Assembly: GCA_052327205.1 (NCBI GenBank)
Contig: CM126234.1
Span: 32,302,001 to 32,366,000, forward strand
Reading direction: 5' to 3'
Source of the DNA: Somniosus microcephalus
Taxonomy: Eukaryota
Length of the DNA stretch: 64,000 bases
Shown here: positions 1 through 12,628 of the stretch, in pieces
How positions within the stretch are numbered: position 1 is the first letter of the stretch
Layout: the number at the start of each line of letters is the position of its first letter
Made by a program: the position numbers and the translations under genes
Notes under the pieces: model-generated
Told to the model about the DNA's origin: nothing
The model's database searches: none
The model's input: the letters and a program-made list of their open reading frames with translations, nothing else

Positions 1-186
1 ACCACAGTCGGAAATACAATTTCACACGAGTCACTTCATTCCCCTCTCTCCCTTACATTCACTTCTATTTCTTGTTTTTCTCCATTTACAGGTTATGCCA
101 ATTGCAGTGTCCAGTGTTTAGCCAGTAACATCAGAAACCATCACATGTAATGTAGCTAATCCACAAAAAATTGACCTCCTTGCAAG

Positions 187-327
187 CGATGTTTCCTCTA
201 ATTTTTTCTGGGTGCGCAGCCCATTCAAATTTCTGCGCACGTGTGGTTTATCTGTTGAGAAGCCGGCAAGCGGCCTGCATGGGAGCTCCAGACAGGTGCG
301 CGGCCGCACAGCATTACGGGAACATTG
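187..327. mobile_element. hAT-type MITE, older copy
   Basis: Imperfect TIRs cgatgtttcc / gggaacattg, 8-bp TSD CTTGCAAG (179-186, 328-335); inverse-orientation homologue of 25390-25559. Confidence 0.8.
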
Positions 328-359
328 CTTGCAAGACTTTGCTCACCAAAGTAAAGTGG

Positions 360-890
360 GTACGGTAGCATAGTGGTTACGTTGCTGCACTAGTAATCCA
401 AAAGTCGGGGCTGATTATCAACGACAACTTGTATTTATATAGCGCCTTTAACGTAGTAAAACATCCCAAGGCGCTGCACAGGAGTATTCTAAGACAAAAA
501 ATTTGACACCGAGCCACATAAGGAGAAATTAGGGCAGGTGACCAAAAGCTTGGTCAAAGAGGTAGGTTTAAGGAGAGAGAGGTAGCGAGGCGGAGAGGTC
601 ATCCAGAGACACGAGTTCAAATCCCACCATGGCAGCTGTAATGATGACCATGAAACTACCAGATTGTTGTAAAAACCCATCTGGTGCACTAATGTTCTTT
701 AGGGAAGGAAATCTGCCGTCCTTACCCGGTCTGGCCTATATGTGACTCCAGACCCACAGCAATGTGGTTAACTCTTAACTGCCCTCTGAAATGGTGGCTC
801 ACCACCACCTCCTCGAGGGCAATTAGGGATGGGCAATAAATGCCGGCCTTGCCAATGACGCCCACATTCCGTGAATGAATAAAAAAAAAA
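360..890 (+). mobile_element. tRNA-derived SINE interrupted by an L2-like 3' fragment (~420-600)
   Basis: A-box-like tagcatagtggtta, B-box gagttcaaatccc, tail gggcaattagggatgggcaataaatg plus A-tract; related pieces at ~29125-29415, ~37325-37500 and ~55440-55645 (-). Confidence 0.65.
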
Positions 891-1342
891 CATGCACTAA
901 ATTCTGTGTCCTCCCTCTTAAGTGTGGGTGACGCCTGTTTACCTGAGGCCAGGAACCAAGACCACATGGAAGAGCATACATCGATTCCTCATTCTAAATG
1001 TATTTACCACTCCTCTTTTAGATTATTTTCCACCCAACACCATCTTTGAGCAAGAGGCTGGCACATAGCTTACTCCTAGTCCACACTGTTGTGTAACCCA
1101 TCGCCAGGAGATGTGTGAGAGCACCTTTTTGTGAATCCTCCACTTGTGATCAAGAAAAAATGCTGTTATCAGTACCCTCTCCACTCCTTGACCTGCTAGA
1201 TCAGGAACTCAGTTGCAGATTTGTGGGCGAATCTACAGCCTGTCACAATGGGACACCTTGTTGGTACCCAGGTGTGCCGCACCACTGGTCTGTATGTTCC
1301 ATCTCTTAAATTTGAGACTAACCACTGGATTTGTGTTAATAA

Positions 1343-1615
1343 GATAAGAAATAGGAGCAGGAGTCGGCCATTCAGCCCCTCAAGCCTGCTCCGCCATTAA
1401 TAAGATCATGGCTGATCTTCGACCTCATCTCCACTTTCCTGCACTATCACCATATCCCTGGATTCCCTTAATATTCAATAACCTATCGATCTCAGTCTTA
1501 AATATACTCAACAATGAGACTCCCCAGCCAGGGGAAACATCCTCCCTGCATCTACCCTGTCAAGCCCTGTAAGAATTTTGTATGTTTCAATGAGATCACC
1601 TCTCATTCTTCTAAA
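1343..1615 (-). mobile_element. CR1-clade LINE 3' fragment
   Basis: Tail ataagaaataggagcaggagtcggccattcagccc... is shared with copies at ~16985 and ~35950 (-) and ~40110-40400 (+). Confidence 0.75.
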
Positions 1616-2120
1616 CTTGCAATGACGTGTGAGAGGATGAAATACTTTAGCATTGATTTGGTTCAGATGATGTCATTTGAATGTGGTTTGTGCTAACGGT
1701 GCAATAGGGACATAGAAAAATCTGGATTCCCCATTTGAAAGACTCACATTTTACTGTGTGGCCAGCGCAGTATCAGATCTTAGTACTTTTTCCCTTATTT
1801 TCCTGACCGCTTGTTCATGTATCACGTTTGGGTGATCATAAAGGTGGGGGAAGTCTAAACCTTTTGCATATTCTTCATGGCACCATATCACTGCTGTGCA
1901 TTAGAATTGGTGTACAATTTATGACTATACAATAATTTCTGGAACGGGGAACAAAGCATACCAAAATATATTCATATTTCTGGTATTACAGAATGCCCCA
2001 ATGTCCTCGATCTTCTTGGAGATGCACAGTTCACTTTGAAGATCTTGTAATTCCCCAGTTATTAAAAACGGCCAGGTAGTCTGTTTTATGTTAAATACCC
2101 CGGCGGTTACTTTATTTCAG

Positions 2121-2217
2121 ACGAGCTCCGCCTGTCGATCTTGAGATATTGCGTACTATGAAGAAAGTTGGGTTTATTGGATATGCTCCGAATCCCAAAA
2201 CAAAGCTGAGAAACCAG
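2121..2217 (+). CDS. PAN2: PAN2 coding exon (RAPPVDLEILRTMKKVGFIGYAPNPKTKLRNQ)
   Basis: tttcag| ... |gtaaaa; peptide matches vertebrate PAN2. Confidence 0.93.
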
Positions 2218-3946
2218 GTAAAATAAGAGAGAATGCATAATTTTAAAGCAGTAATTAAGTGGTGGTGTACTTATTTGAGGCAATTGCGGCCTTGATGAAT
2301 AAATGTTTTGGTACTGGCTGGAGCACATCATGCTGGGAGTAATTGTTGTTTAGTACCTTATTTGGAAAGGTGCTGGCTGAATGAACTCGTTTCATTAAAA
2401 AAAAACGTTCTTTTTAAAGAAGAATGTTACCAAGCTCCCCTAATGATTCACTCGGTAAAGGCAGCATTTATCAGCCATACAGACCAAAAGATCCTTGATT
2501 CATTTCCTAGTCTGTGCTGAGTTAGCTGGGATGGCAGTGGAGACCCTGCAGTTGCCCTTGGGCAAGGGAGGGGAAGATCATCTAAAGTTCCCATGCCAAT
2601 TCGCTGTCCAGCAACCACTGTTGGAGTGTGTGTGTGGAGAGTTCAGGTGAGGATAATATTGGGCTCAGTTGTGATGTCCCTCATGGTTAAAGAGCCTGTT
2701 GTAACTCACTGTGTTTGGGTTTACAGATGAAGAATGGTTACCGGAGGGGAATTGGCATGTATAGTACTGATTCCTGCCTGGAGTGGAGCCACATCATGGC
2801 GTTCTCTGTTAATATACAGGCACACAGAGATGGGCAATTTCGAGTTCTTTACCGTTAACTTGTTTTTTTTTTACACTTGAGATAATTCTATAAAATGTCA
2901 CTTCAGGATACTTTCCGAAGTTGACATCTTCATGTAGAAAACAAGTTTTAAATGAACTAAAGTTTCCCTAATAAATGATATTCTCCCCTCCTTTTCTGGG
3001 TCCTTCCCATTTTATTCAGCAGCTGCATGGTGGGCAGACCACCTGCTCCCAGACTTCTAGTAAAGCTATTATATAGTTAGGAGTTGTGACGGTGTGAACC
3101 AGGGTAACGATCTATGAATTTCCCTGCAAGGAAGCCCCTAACTTCTGCTTCCTTTTCCCACGTGGTCAGGCTGAGATGGGAACTCGCTCTGTAATTGTGG
3201 GCATGAGCCTGGGTGCCATGGTACATTTGTGCCGTAACATGCCATGCTATAACCTCTTGTAACCTTTTAGCAGAAGCTGCATGTGGGGAAAGTCCAATTT
3301 TATTTGTTTTGAATTCCTAAGCATTTGCTACAGTGGTGTATTTAGATTAAATGGACCAGTTTGCCACATTGAGTGTGCCGCTTTAGTTGTGGCACCTCAA
3401 CATTGGTGCAAGCTAAACCAATATTTGCAGTTTAAAAAGTGCGGCTTTTAAATTTGCCAACAAAATCCAGTGCTCTGCTTGAATAGAAAATCAAAGGTTG
3501 CATGCATATCATTTTAGCTTTTTTTTTTTGTCCATTTTCTCTTCTCTTCTGAAGGCACTGACTCGTGGTTCTACAGGAACCAGAAGCCCTCCGGCACTGC
3601 TCCCAAGTAGCCATTCTTCATTTGTGCACCTAGACAGCGAGTGTCAGCAAGCTATTCCACCACAGGAGCATAACCGCCAAACCTCATTCTGCACACGGAC
3701 ACTTTTGGGCAGAGGTCACTGGATAGTGAACCCTTCCCTTCCTTGGCTGATTTATAATTGCAGTGCTTCTCCCACTGCTGTCCCAGCTGAGGTCAGCTAA
3801 CTCGGCACTGCCCAGGAATTGATCCTGGGATCTTCTGATCTATATGCTTTAGTAATACACTGGGTTCACTGTTACCCTCTAGGCCATTGGCAGAGCCCAC
3901 TGTTTTTTAGTATGTCTAATTATTGAAGTAAGTTATCTGTTTATAG

Positions 3947-4066
3947 GTTCCATATAAATTGAAGGAGATGGATGCAGAATTTGACAGCTACAATCAAATC
4001 CCAGAGTCTCCTATTGGAAGGGAGGAAGAGCCTCATCTGTACATGGTGCCAAAGAAATATCGAAAG
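3947..4066 (+). CDS. PAN2: PAN2 coding exon (VPYKLKEMDAEFDSY...PHLYMVPKKYRK)
   Basis: ttatag| ... |gtctga, 120 nt. Confidence 0.93.
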
Positions 4067-4306
4067 GTCTGATTCAAAGAAAATCCATACTGTAGATTAT
4101 ACAGTTTACCACTCAATGTCTAGATGCCTCTATTACTATATTGAGGTTTAGGGCTGTGTTAATACAGACATCACATTAAAGAGAACTAAGAAGATGTGAT
4201 AACCTATTTCTAAAAGTTAACTTACTTTAATAGAGGAGTAAGTTACTGGGATCAGTTCCTATTCTAAAATATGGTGGTGTGCTAAGGAATGAAACTAAAG
4301 GTATGG

Positions 4307-4665
4307 ACATAGAATAGTACAGCACAGAAGGAGGCCATTTGGCCCATCAAGTCTGTGCCAGCTCTTCGAAGAGTAATCCAGTTGGTTCCATTCCCCCACT
4401 CTCCCTGTATCCCTGCAATTTTTTCTCCTTCAAGTATTTATCCAGTTCTGTTTTGAAGGCTATGATTGAATCTGTATCCACCACCCTATCGGGCAGTGCA
4501 TTCCAGATCATAACCACTCGTTTTTCTTCATGTTGCTTCTGGTTCTTTTGCCAATCACCTTAAATCTGTGCCCTCTGGTTATCGACCCTTCAGCCATTGG
4601 AAACAGTTTCTCTTTATTTACTCTGTCTAAATCCTTCATGATTTTAAACACCTCTATCAAATCTC
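4307..4665 (-). mobile_element. CR1-clade LINE 3' fragment
   Basis: catagaatagtacagcacagaaggaggccatt... tail; shorter copies at ~12920, 26915, 28095, 32515, 53200 and 55995. Confidence 0.7.
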
Positions 4666-5281
4666 CAGTCTGTATCTTAACAATCTTAGTCTGATGTAAT
4701 CTGACCTGGGCTTCTTCCAGCTGCTATGCAGTCTGGTGCTTGGCAAATCTCTGGCCACTTTTTTCCCCTGAAAGTTCACTGCCCAGATCTTTTCCCCTGG
4801 TCTCAATCATGGTGTTTGTAGATTCTGTGCCCTGGAGCAAGAAGATTGTACAGTAGTAAGATACTCTCTTGAGCAGAAGCTCACAGGAGAGGGCATGGAA
4901 GATTGGGGGATCTTGTCTGGATTTTTGAGTTTTGTCAGGGAGCAGGTGTGTCTGGAAGTGTTGGGCGTATCCCTGAGTTAGCTAGCACTTTGCTTCTCCC
5001 ATCAACCTTGAGATTTGTGTCTGGCCTTTCACCTGCCAGGCCAGGAGCCCCTCACCCCTCATGTTACAGTGGCGCCCAGATTGATCTACATTAAGGAGGC
5101 TACTGTCAGCGCCCCCCCCCCCCCCCCCCCAATTAATGATGGGTCTATACCTTTACGACCAAGAGGGAGCAATTGCTTGTGTGTTTTTTGTTTTAGGTAT
5201 CAGTTTGATTATGAAGAATTTTTTGGAATAGTTGACCTATGCCTAAATGATTCAGTTTGATTATATATGTGTTTTATTTAG

Positions 5282-5401
5282 GTTACTATAAAGTACTCAA
5301 AACTTGGTTTGGAAGACTTTGATTTCAAACACTACAACAAGACGCTGTTTGCCGGTCTGGAGCCGCACATTCCCAACGCCTACTGCAACTGCATGATTCA
5401 G
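5282..5401 (+). CDS. PAN2: PAN2 coding exon ([40 protein letters not shown])
   Basis: tttag| ... |gtcagg, 120 nt. Confidence 0.95.
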
Positions 5402-6449
5402 GTCAGGGGCACCCTTCCAATCTCTTACTGCCTTCTAATTGTCAGCACTTCAATAGAAACAATAGAAACAACACCCTTCTGGATGTGTGTTCACCAAAAG
5501 CCATGCAATCAGTAAATCTAATGCAAACAACACAATGGAGGTCATGATTTTATTGGCTAAGAAACTGAGCTTCACCCCACCATTCTGTGGTACCGTGTGT
5601 TGTGTCTTTTGTGCAATTCAGTAAATATTTTAAGAATCACATGTAATTTGTGACCATGCGAGTGCTAATTCATCCTGCTTAATGTGCAGAGTGGAGGATA
5701 TTAGAATTCAAACTATAGTTACTTCTAGCTCTCGTGTTTTTGAAGTTTATTTACGTTACATGCCTAGAAGTTTTGTTCCTTTGCACAGAAAAGTCCTTCA
5801 TTCTTTACTGGCGTTAATTGAATGTTAACGACGGGTGCAGTTGTACTTCCACCTTGCTGTTCACATAATAGCAAAATATGGGTTTGCCCCCACAGCAACT
5901 TTCTCATCTTGGCTGCACAGTTTGCAAGGACGAGGGAATGTCGCGAGTGGAAACCAAATAGTTCCTCACGGGGATGTAGGGAAATTGCCAAGTAAATCAT
6001 TAACACCGAACAGCACCAGAGAGTGGGATAAGCAAAGGAACTGTGATGTAGTGTGTCTTTATTTTATCGCATTAGATGCTGAATACAAATTTTTTTTAAA
6101 CATTCCTTTAAATGCCTTTATTTTACTGTGAATTGAGCTGGCCTGATTTTACGGTACAAGTGTGCCAAGCCACAAAGTCAGATGTGGTTTTGCGCCCACA
6201 ATTTCCTACTCCACTCCAAGTTCCCAGTTACCATTGGGCCACCTGGTAGAGGTGATCAGTGACTAGGTGGAAGGCCAGGTGTTTCCCCACAAACAGGAAG
6301 AAAGGGGGGAAATCAGCAGGTGAGTCACCCTGAGCCACACGAGCACACATCCTGGTAGATGGTTGCACAGTGGACAGGCAGAGGCCAGAGAGCAGGGTGG
6401 CTGATCAATCCTGGAAGTGGATGGAGACTATAATCTATTTACAATTTAA

Positions 6450-6790
6450 CTTCTCTGTCTGCTGGCTGTGAGGGATCTAACTAAAATGATTTTGACCAGT
6501 CTCAGTCCAGTTCCTTATGGTCTCTGGTCCAGACCCACAACACCGAAATGCCCCAGATTTGGTATGGCATTAAATTGTCAATCTCATTCCTAGAGGCCAC
6601 AGTAGGGGGTGATGGAGAAATGTCACACTAGTGCAATAGAGTGTGCTCTTCTAAGGATGGAGCTGAGGCACATTGTTTGGGCAGGATAGAGGGAGCTTTG
6701 CTCTGTATCTAACTTGGGAGTACTCGATGGAACAGGGAGTACCTGATATGGAAAGTATTCAATTTTCCTGAAATAACATCCATTGCATTA
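6450..6790 (+). mobile_element. Ancient LF-SINE-like repeat
   Basis: Motifs gtctcagtccagttcct and tgaggcacattg...gggcagg recalled from LF-SINE; similar copies at ~31620-31870 and ~33830-34120. Confidence 0.5.
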
Positions 6791-6919
6791 ATGTGAAAAT
6801 TTACAATTTAAGATGCATATATTTTATATAATCATTTTGATTATATCTGTCTTGAAAAGTTAGTCAGTTGATGTCTGCGTTTTCTTTCTTTCTCTGTCGC
6901 TCTCTTCTCCCGTTTATAG

Positions 6920-7048
6920 GTGCTGTATCTGCTGGAGCCCATCCGCTGCCACGTTCAAAATCATCTGTGTCAGAAAGAGTTTTGCTTGGGCTGTGAACTC
7001 GGATTTCTGTTTCACATGCTCGATCTCTCGAGAGGCGACCCATGCCAG
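6920..7048 (+). CDS. PAN2: PAN2 coding exon ([22 protein letters not shown]...RGDPCQ)
   Basis: ttatag| ... |gtaaat, 129 nt. Confidence 0.95.
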
Positions 7049-9029
7049 GTAAATGGACGCTGAGCCAGTCCAGCCCCTGTAAAATGGACTTGGCTTGTGT
7101 ACACTTGGGCTAGATCTTTGAGCATGACCCCTTTGGCGTGGATTGTTCTAACTGTGTAACTTGTTAGCCAGAGATGCCATCCACATTTTGCATATTTTAA
7201 ACAAAAAGCATAAAACTACAATTGCTGGAAACCTGAAACAAAAAATACTGGAAACACTCTTGGGTAGTCCGCATCTGTGGAAAGAACAGACAAGTTCATA
7301 TTTTACATTTTTTTGTGTATTGTCAGAAGAGGCAATCAAAAGAAAAATGAAGTCTTATCCAAAACATTTCCTCCTCCTCTTTTAAATCTCTCTCTTCCCC
7401 ACCCCCCCTTGGAAATTAGCCACTCTTTAAAAGGATAAAAAGTAAAATAATAATTCATGATTAAAATATCTGTCGTAAGTTTAATGATTAAATCCAACCA
7501 AGAACGTATTGGTTAGCCACAGTTTAATATTGTACCGGGTAAGTATAGTTCTGAAATACATGATTTAATTATGGGAGAATGAATTTGGAGCAAGTTTTGT
7601 TCCTGACATCTAGTGACAGAAACAGCAAAGAAGCAGTAAAGATCACGAAGTGCAGACTTGGGCTGTGATATTCATGATTAATGGAGTGTTTTTTTCACAC
7701 ACTGGATGTTGATGAATTTAATGCATGTATTAACTGCATTAAAAGTGAAATACCAAACTGCAGTTCAATTCTGCAATTAAAAACATGAAATGCTGGAAAT
7801 GCGAAGCAGGTTAGTCAACATCTGAAAGATAAAGGTAGCCTAATGTTCTGGGTCCCACCCAAAATGTTAACTTATCTTTCAGATGTTAAATGGCATGCTT
7901 TATATTTTCAGTATTTTGTTTTTTTCCACAGATTTCCAGCATTCACCATTTCTCTGTTATCTTTGCAATTAGATTTCATTTTCAGACCATGTTAGCCTCT
8001 TATTTTCTTTCCCTTTGGTCTCACCAAGCCGCAAATCTCCTGCAGCTCAGAGGATGGCTCAACTGCGCCCAAGCCACTACTGTCAAGCTTGTTCTGAACG
8101 GACACACGAGACCAATAGAAAGACGAGTTTCTCTGGTTTTCCTTCTGTCCCTGTGCTGAAATGCCAGACCCCTCAACTCAGCACAGCATCCCTGCTGAGA
8201 TTGGGAACAGCAGAGTAGGTCATCAAGTTTGCATCCTGCCACTTTGCCAAAATATTGCAGTGTTATTATCATTTAAAGTTTTTACTGTAAGCTGTGCTCC
8301 AAAACAAAATGTAAAACATTCTAGGATAAGTGGAATCTTGTGTGTGTTACTGCCGTTTTTTCTTAATGGACAAAACATCCAGAACTTGTCAACAACTGTG
8401 ACTTGAGTGTATGACTAAACTTCGGGTTAAGATTTCTTCCCACACTGTATGCTGCGTAATATTTGCGCCTATTATATTTCACATTAAAATTGCTGTAATT
8501 GTTCATTCTAATAACCACTTTGCAAACAGTGACAGGACCACTAAGTGCAACTAAACTTGCTGTAAGCAATCTCAACAGCACCACCTGCAGTTTTGTAGTG
8601 GAATTATTGTGCGCTGGTGTGCAGCAGTTTTTTTCCAAATCCATTAATTTTGTATGCTGTTTATTTTTGAGGAGGAAGGTAGAGAAGAACCTAGTGCGCT
8701 CTTCAAAAATGGATTAAACACTGGACATGGTTGTGGGTACCTCTAAATGTGGTTTTATGGCTTTAAGAGGGGATCTCGAAAGGACTGATTAGAAGATACA
8801 GGGTCAAATGCCCCAATTGTTTCAATACCTGGGGATCCTGGTGGCAACTTAGCCTGGACTCTATTTTAGGACTACACTGGGAAAGGACGAAGGCTGCTTT
8901 GGTCTTTTTCCCTTTTCTTTAATGACAGAAAAGTCTCAATGCAGATTAAGCTGGTGCAGAATGATTGATTATGTCCAAATGGTTCTTCCTCATGACTTTG
9001 AATCCCTAGATATGAAATGGTTCCATTAG

Positions 9030-9958
9030 AAAGACTTGCATTTCTACAGCGCCTTTCAGGACGTCCCAAAGCGCTTTACAGCCAATGAAGTACATTTGAA
9101 GTGTAGTCACTGTTGTAATGTAGGAAACGCGGCAGCCAATTTGCGCACAGCAAGCTCCCACAAACAGCAATGTGGTAATGACCAGATAATCTATTTTAGT
9201 GATGTTGATTGAGGGATAATTATTAGCCAGGACACCGGGGAGAACTCCCCTGCTCATCTTCGAAATGGTGCCACCTGAGAGAGCAGACAGGGCCTCGGTT
9301 TAACATCTCATCCGAAGGACAGCCCCTCTGACAGTGCAGCGCTCCCTCAGTACCGCCCCTCCGACAGTGCAGCACTCCCTCAGTACCGCCCCTCCGACAG
9401 TGCAGCGCTCCCTCAGTACCGTCCCTCCGACAGTGCAGCGCTCCCTCAGTACCGCCCCTCCGACAGTGCGGCGCTCCCTCAGTACTGCCCCTCCGACAGT
9501 GCAGCGCTCCCTCAGTACCGCCCCTCCGACTGTGCGGCGCTCCCTCAGTACCGTCCCTCCGACAGTGCGGCGCTCCCTCAGTACTGCCCCTCCGACAGTG
9601 CGGCGCTCCCTCAGTACCGTCCCTCCGACAGTGCGGCGCTCCCTCAGTACCGCCACTCCGACAGTGCGGCGCTCCCTCAGTACCGCCCCTCCGACAGTGC
9701 GGCGCTCCCTCAGTACTGCCCCTCCGACAGTGCGGCGCTCCCTCAGTACTGCCCCTCCGACAGTGCGGCGCTCCCTCAGTACTGCCCCTCCGACAGTGCA
9801 GTGCTCCCTCAGTACCGCCCCTCCGACAGTGCGGCGCTCCCTCAGTACTGCACTGGAGTTTCAGCCCAGATTTTTGTGCTCAAGTCTCTGGAGTGGGACT
9901 TGAACCCACAGCCTTCTGCCTCCGAGGCGAGAGTGCTACCCACTGAGTCACGGCTGAC
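9030..9958 (-). mobile_element. Deu-domain SINE (SacSINE1/AmnSINE1-like) with internal minisatellite expansion
   Basis: tRNA head with A/B boxes (tgactcagtgggtag, ggttcaagtccc) on the minus strand; Deu core gtcctggc...tttgtgggagcttgctgtgcgcaaattggctgc. Confidence 0.85.
9323..9851. repeat. 33-bp minisatellite, ~16 copies (ccctccgacagtgcggcgctccctcagtaccgc)
   Basis: Direct tandem repeat; 11-aa periodicity in the ORF track. Confidence 0.97.
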
Positions 9959-11762
9959 AGTCCATTAGCTCATGCAAGGTGAATCTGTGGCAAAAAGAAG
10001 AAATGGTGGAAGGGAAGGTTCTGGCCTGCAGTGACCTGTTGCTCAGCACCCTGGAGGAGAGGTTGGCCACATGGGTATGTCTCTTTGCCAAAGTCCTTCA
10101 TATGAGGGCCTTGATAAAGCAGTTGGTGACCAGTAAGCCAGGTATGTGACATTGGACTTGAACCCCTAGATCAAGGTGCTGGCACATTGTAAGCTGACTT
10201 GTCAATCATTCCACCGCAGTGAAGGCAAATGCCTGCCTTATAGCTGATGTGGAAACTGTTGAGGCTTGGCATGGAAAGTATTGTCTCATATATCCAGGGT
10301 TTGGTGCCTACCATAATTGAGTTACCATCAGCTGGTAGAACCACTGTTGAATGGGTATAGTGTATCCATGCTGTGGTCATGAGAATGATGACATACTTGC
10401 ACATTTCATTGTGAATCTCGTTGCTTACCATGCCGCTTTTGGGGAGTTTCTTGTAGTTACTGTTCACCCAGCATGGGCTCAAAGCCGCACTTGTCCGTTA
10501 TCTAATGATCAACTGGCGACTCGCTTCCTTGGAGGGGCGGGGAGGGTAAGTGGGGTCTTTTGGGCTCATGTTGGTTCCAAGATGAAACACCCAGCAATGG
10601 AAGATTGGAACTCCAGTCAAGTAGTCAACCCACCTTGGCAGAGTTGATAATCTAATACCTAGGTCGGCAGTACTCTGGGGCACTGTTAATGATTGACCAG
10701 CCAGCCTGGCTCATCAATAGATTTGGGGCTGGGATTCCTCTCCTTGGCTCCAGTTAATCCAGGAAGCCAGTGCCCTAACAGATAGTGTGACCCGGTGCTA
10801 TCTGGTGACAAGTAATGCAGTCTTATCTGATTAAACTCCCAACAGTACCCCTGCGTAGACATGGCGCTCCCTAAGCTTTGGCTGCTGCCAGCCTGTGGAC
10901 TTTGGGGTAAGTGGAGTATGGTCAAGTAGGGAGCGAGTGTGCATTCTATATTGGACAAGCAGAAACTACCTGTGTGGGTTTCTCAGTCGTTTGCTTTGGA
11001 GACTCTTAACTGTGGTGATGGGTTTTCACACGTGTTTGATGAATGGCTGACCAAAAACCAGGAAACATTTTGTAATAACTTTGGAAATACAAAAATAGTA
11101 ACCAATACAATATTTCATTGGACTAAAAAATGTTAGCTAAAAGATTCAAAAAAGAAATTATGGAAATACTGAAAAATGCTCCTTTTTGTGGTAGGTTTAC
11201 ACACGTGCTAACTGTGCTAACCCGAAACAGCATTCGTATAAAATCACACGGTAGGTACAGATCAGAATGGCCATTCATCCCAGCAGAGCTGATCCATCCA
11301 TCCAGAAAAACCTACAATCCCTCTATCATGGCATTTTGAATAACTCCACTACCCTACCCAGATATAAAAATACTGGAAATGTATAACAGGTCTGTCTGCA
11401 TCTGTAAAGAGAAACAACAGATGAATGTTTCGGGTGTAGACCCCTCCTCATACTGCAAGATGATTGTGCCCTTTAATAGAGCTCAAAAGGAAGGGGGAAG
11501 CAAGCAGTTCTGCCATTCAGCAGTTTGAGCCTATTCCCTCCCCTGTGTTACTGTCATGGCTTACCTTGAAGTAGAGGTGACCATATGGAAGTAAATGATG
11601 TTCAGTGGTGTTCTTTTCTATACTGTTGAGCCTCATGTACTTCGATATGGTCATCTGTTTCTTTTGAGACTAATCAGTCCCAGTTTTAAGCTGTGGATGG
11701 ATGTAAAATTGGGGGGGAAAGCAAAATCATGTGTTTCTGTTTCTTCTCACTGTGTCGGTTAG

Positions 11763-11962
11763 GCCAGCAATTTCCTTCGTGCTTTCCGAACTATTCCAGA
11801 GGCCTCTGCTTTGGGGTTGATCTTGGCTGATTCCGATGAAGCGACCGGGAAGGTGAATCTGGGCCGACTGATCCAGAGCTGGAACCGATTTATATTGACA
11901 CAACTACACCAGGAGACGCAGGAGCAGGAGGGCCCACAGGCCTATCGGAGTGTCATGGGGAG
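11763..11962 (+). CDS. PAN2: PAN2 coding exon ([21 protein letters not shown]...[10 protein letters not shown])
   Basis: gttag| ... |gtgaga, 200 nt. Confidence 0.95.
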
Positions 11963-12479
11963 GTGAGACAGCACTATCGTAATGTGGACTGAACCTGAGT
12001 TTGTACGGATTTATTCGTATCCAATACACAGGCAATATGCAACACCATGTGCTGCTAAATGCAGGATTGTCACATGCTTGAAGGGAATCCTTAATCAGTA
12101 GCCCCACAATTGTGACATCACAGAGCAGCCGCTTCTGAATAAGAATACTCTTTAATAATCAGTTTTCTCCAGTGGGCAGCTGACAGTATCTGTGATAAAT
12201 GATGCAGATTTGAGACTTTGTTGTCTCGATGTGGGTGAATATAGGTTTGATTCTATTATTTTCACCCTTCTGCTGAGTTCTAAATCTCAGCCCCATTACT
12301 GCAGAGAGATGGTGGGGTGGAGAAGAGACTATATGGTTTGTGATGCCACCTGACCCTTTACATGACTAACATAGTTAAAGCATACACGAGCCTAATTGCT
12401 TGATCTATTTGTACCAAATAGAATATAAGATACTATTTAGATGCAATACTCTCTTAAACTCTTCCACTTTTCATTTCAG

Positions 12480-12628
12480 TACATTTGGATCCTCTGGCGA
12501 ATCTGTGATTGGGAAGCTGTTTGGTTGTGAAGTTGAGAACTGTAGCACTTGTCGCTGTGGGAAGGAAACTGTTCGGGTTTCTTCGAGCCTGCTTTTCACG
12601 TTGCAGTACCCTGATATGAATAATGCTG
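12480..12628 (+). CDS. PAN2: PAN2 coding exon (TFGSSGESVIGKLFGCEVENC...QYPDMNNA)
   Basis: tttcag| ... |gtgagt, 149 nt. Confidence 0.93.

Noticed and set aside
40-150. Strong polypyrimidine tract and AG at 90-91, a possible PAN2 exon
   Set aside because: All three frames stop quickly and none matches PAN2.
9300-9903. Repetitive 118-aa and 189-aa ORFs
   Set aside because: Artefacts of the 33-bp SINE-internal minisatellite.
9890-9958. tRNA-like A/B boxes
   Set aside because: SINE head rather than a tRNA gene; no complete cloverleaf, and it continues into the Deu core.
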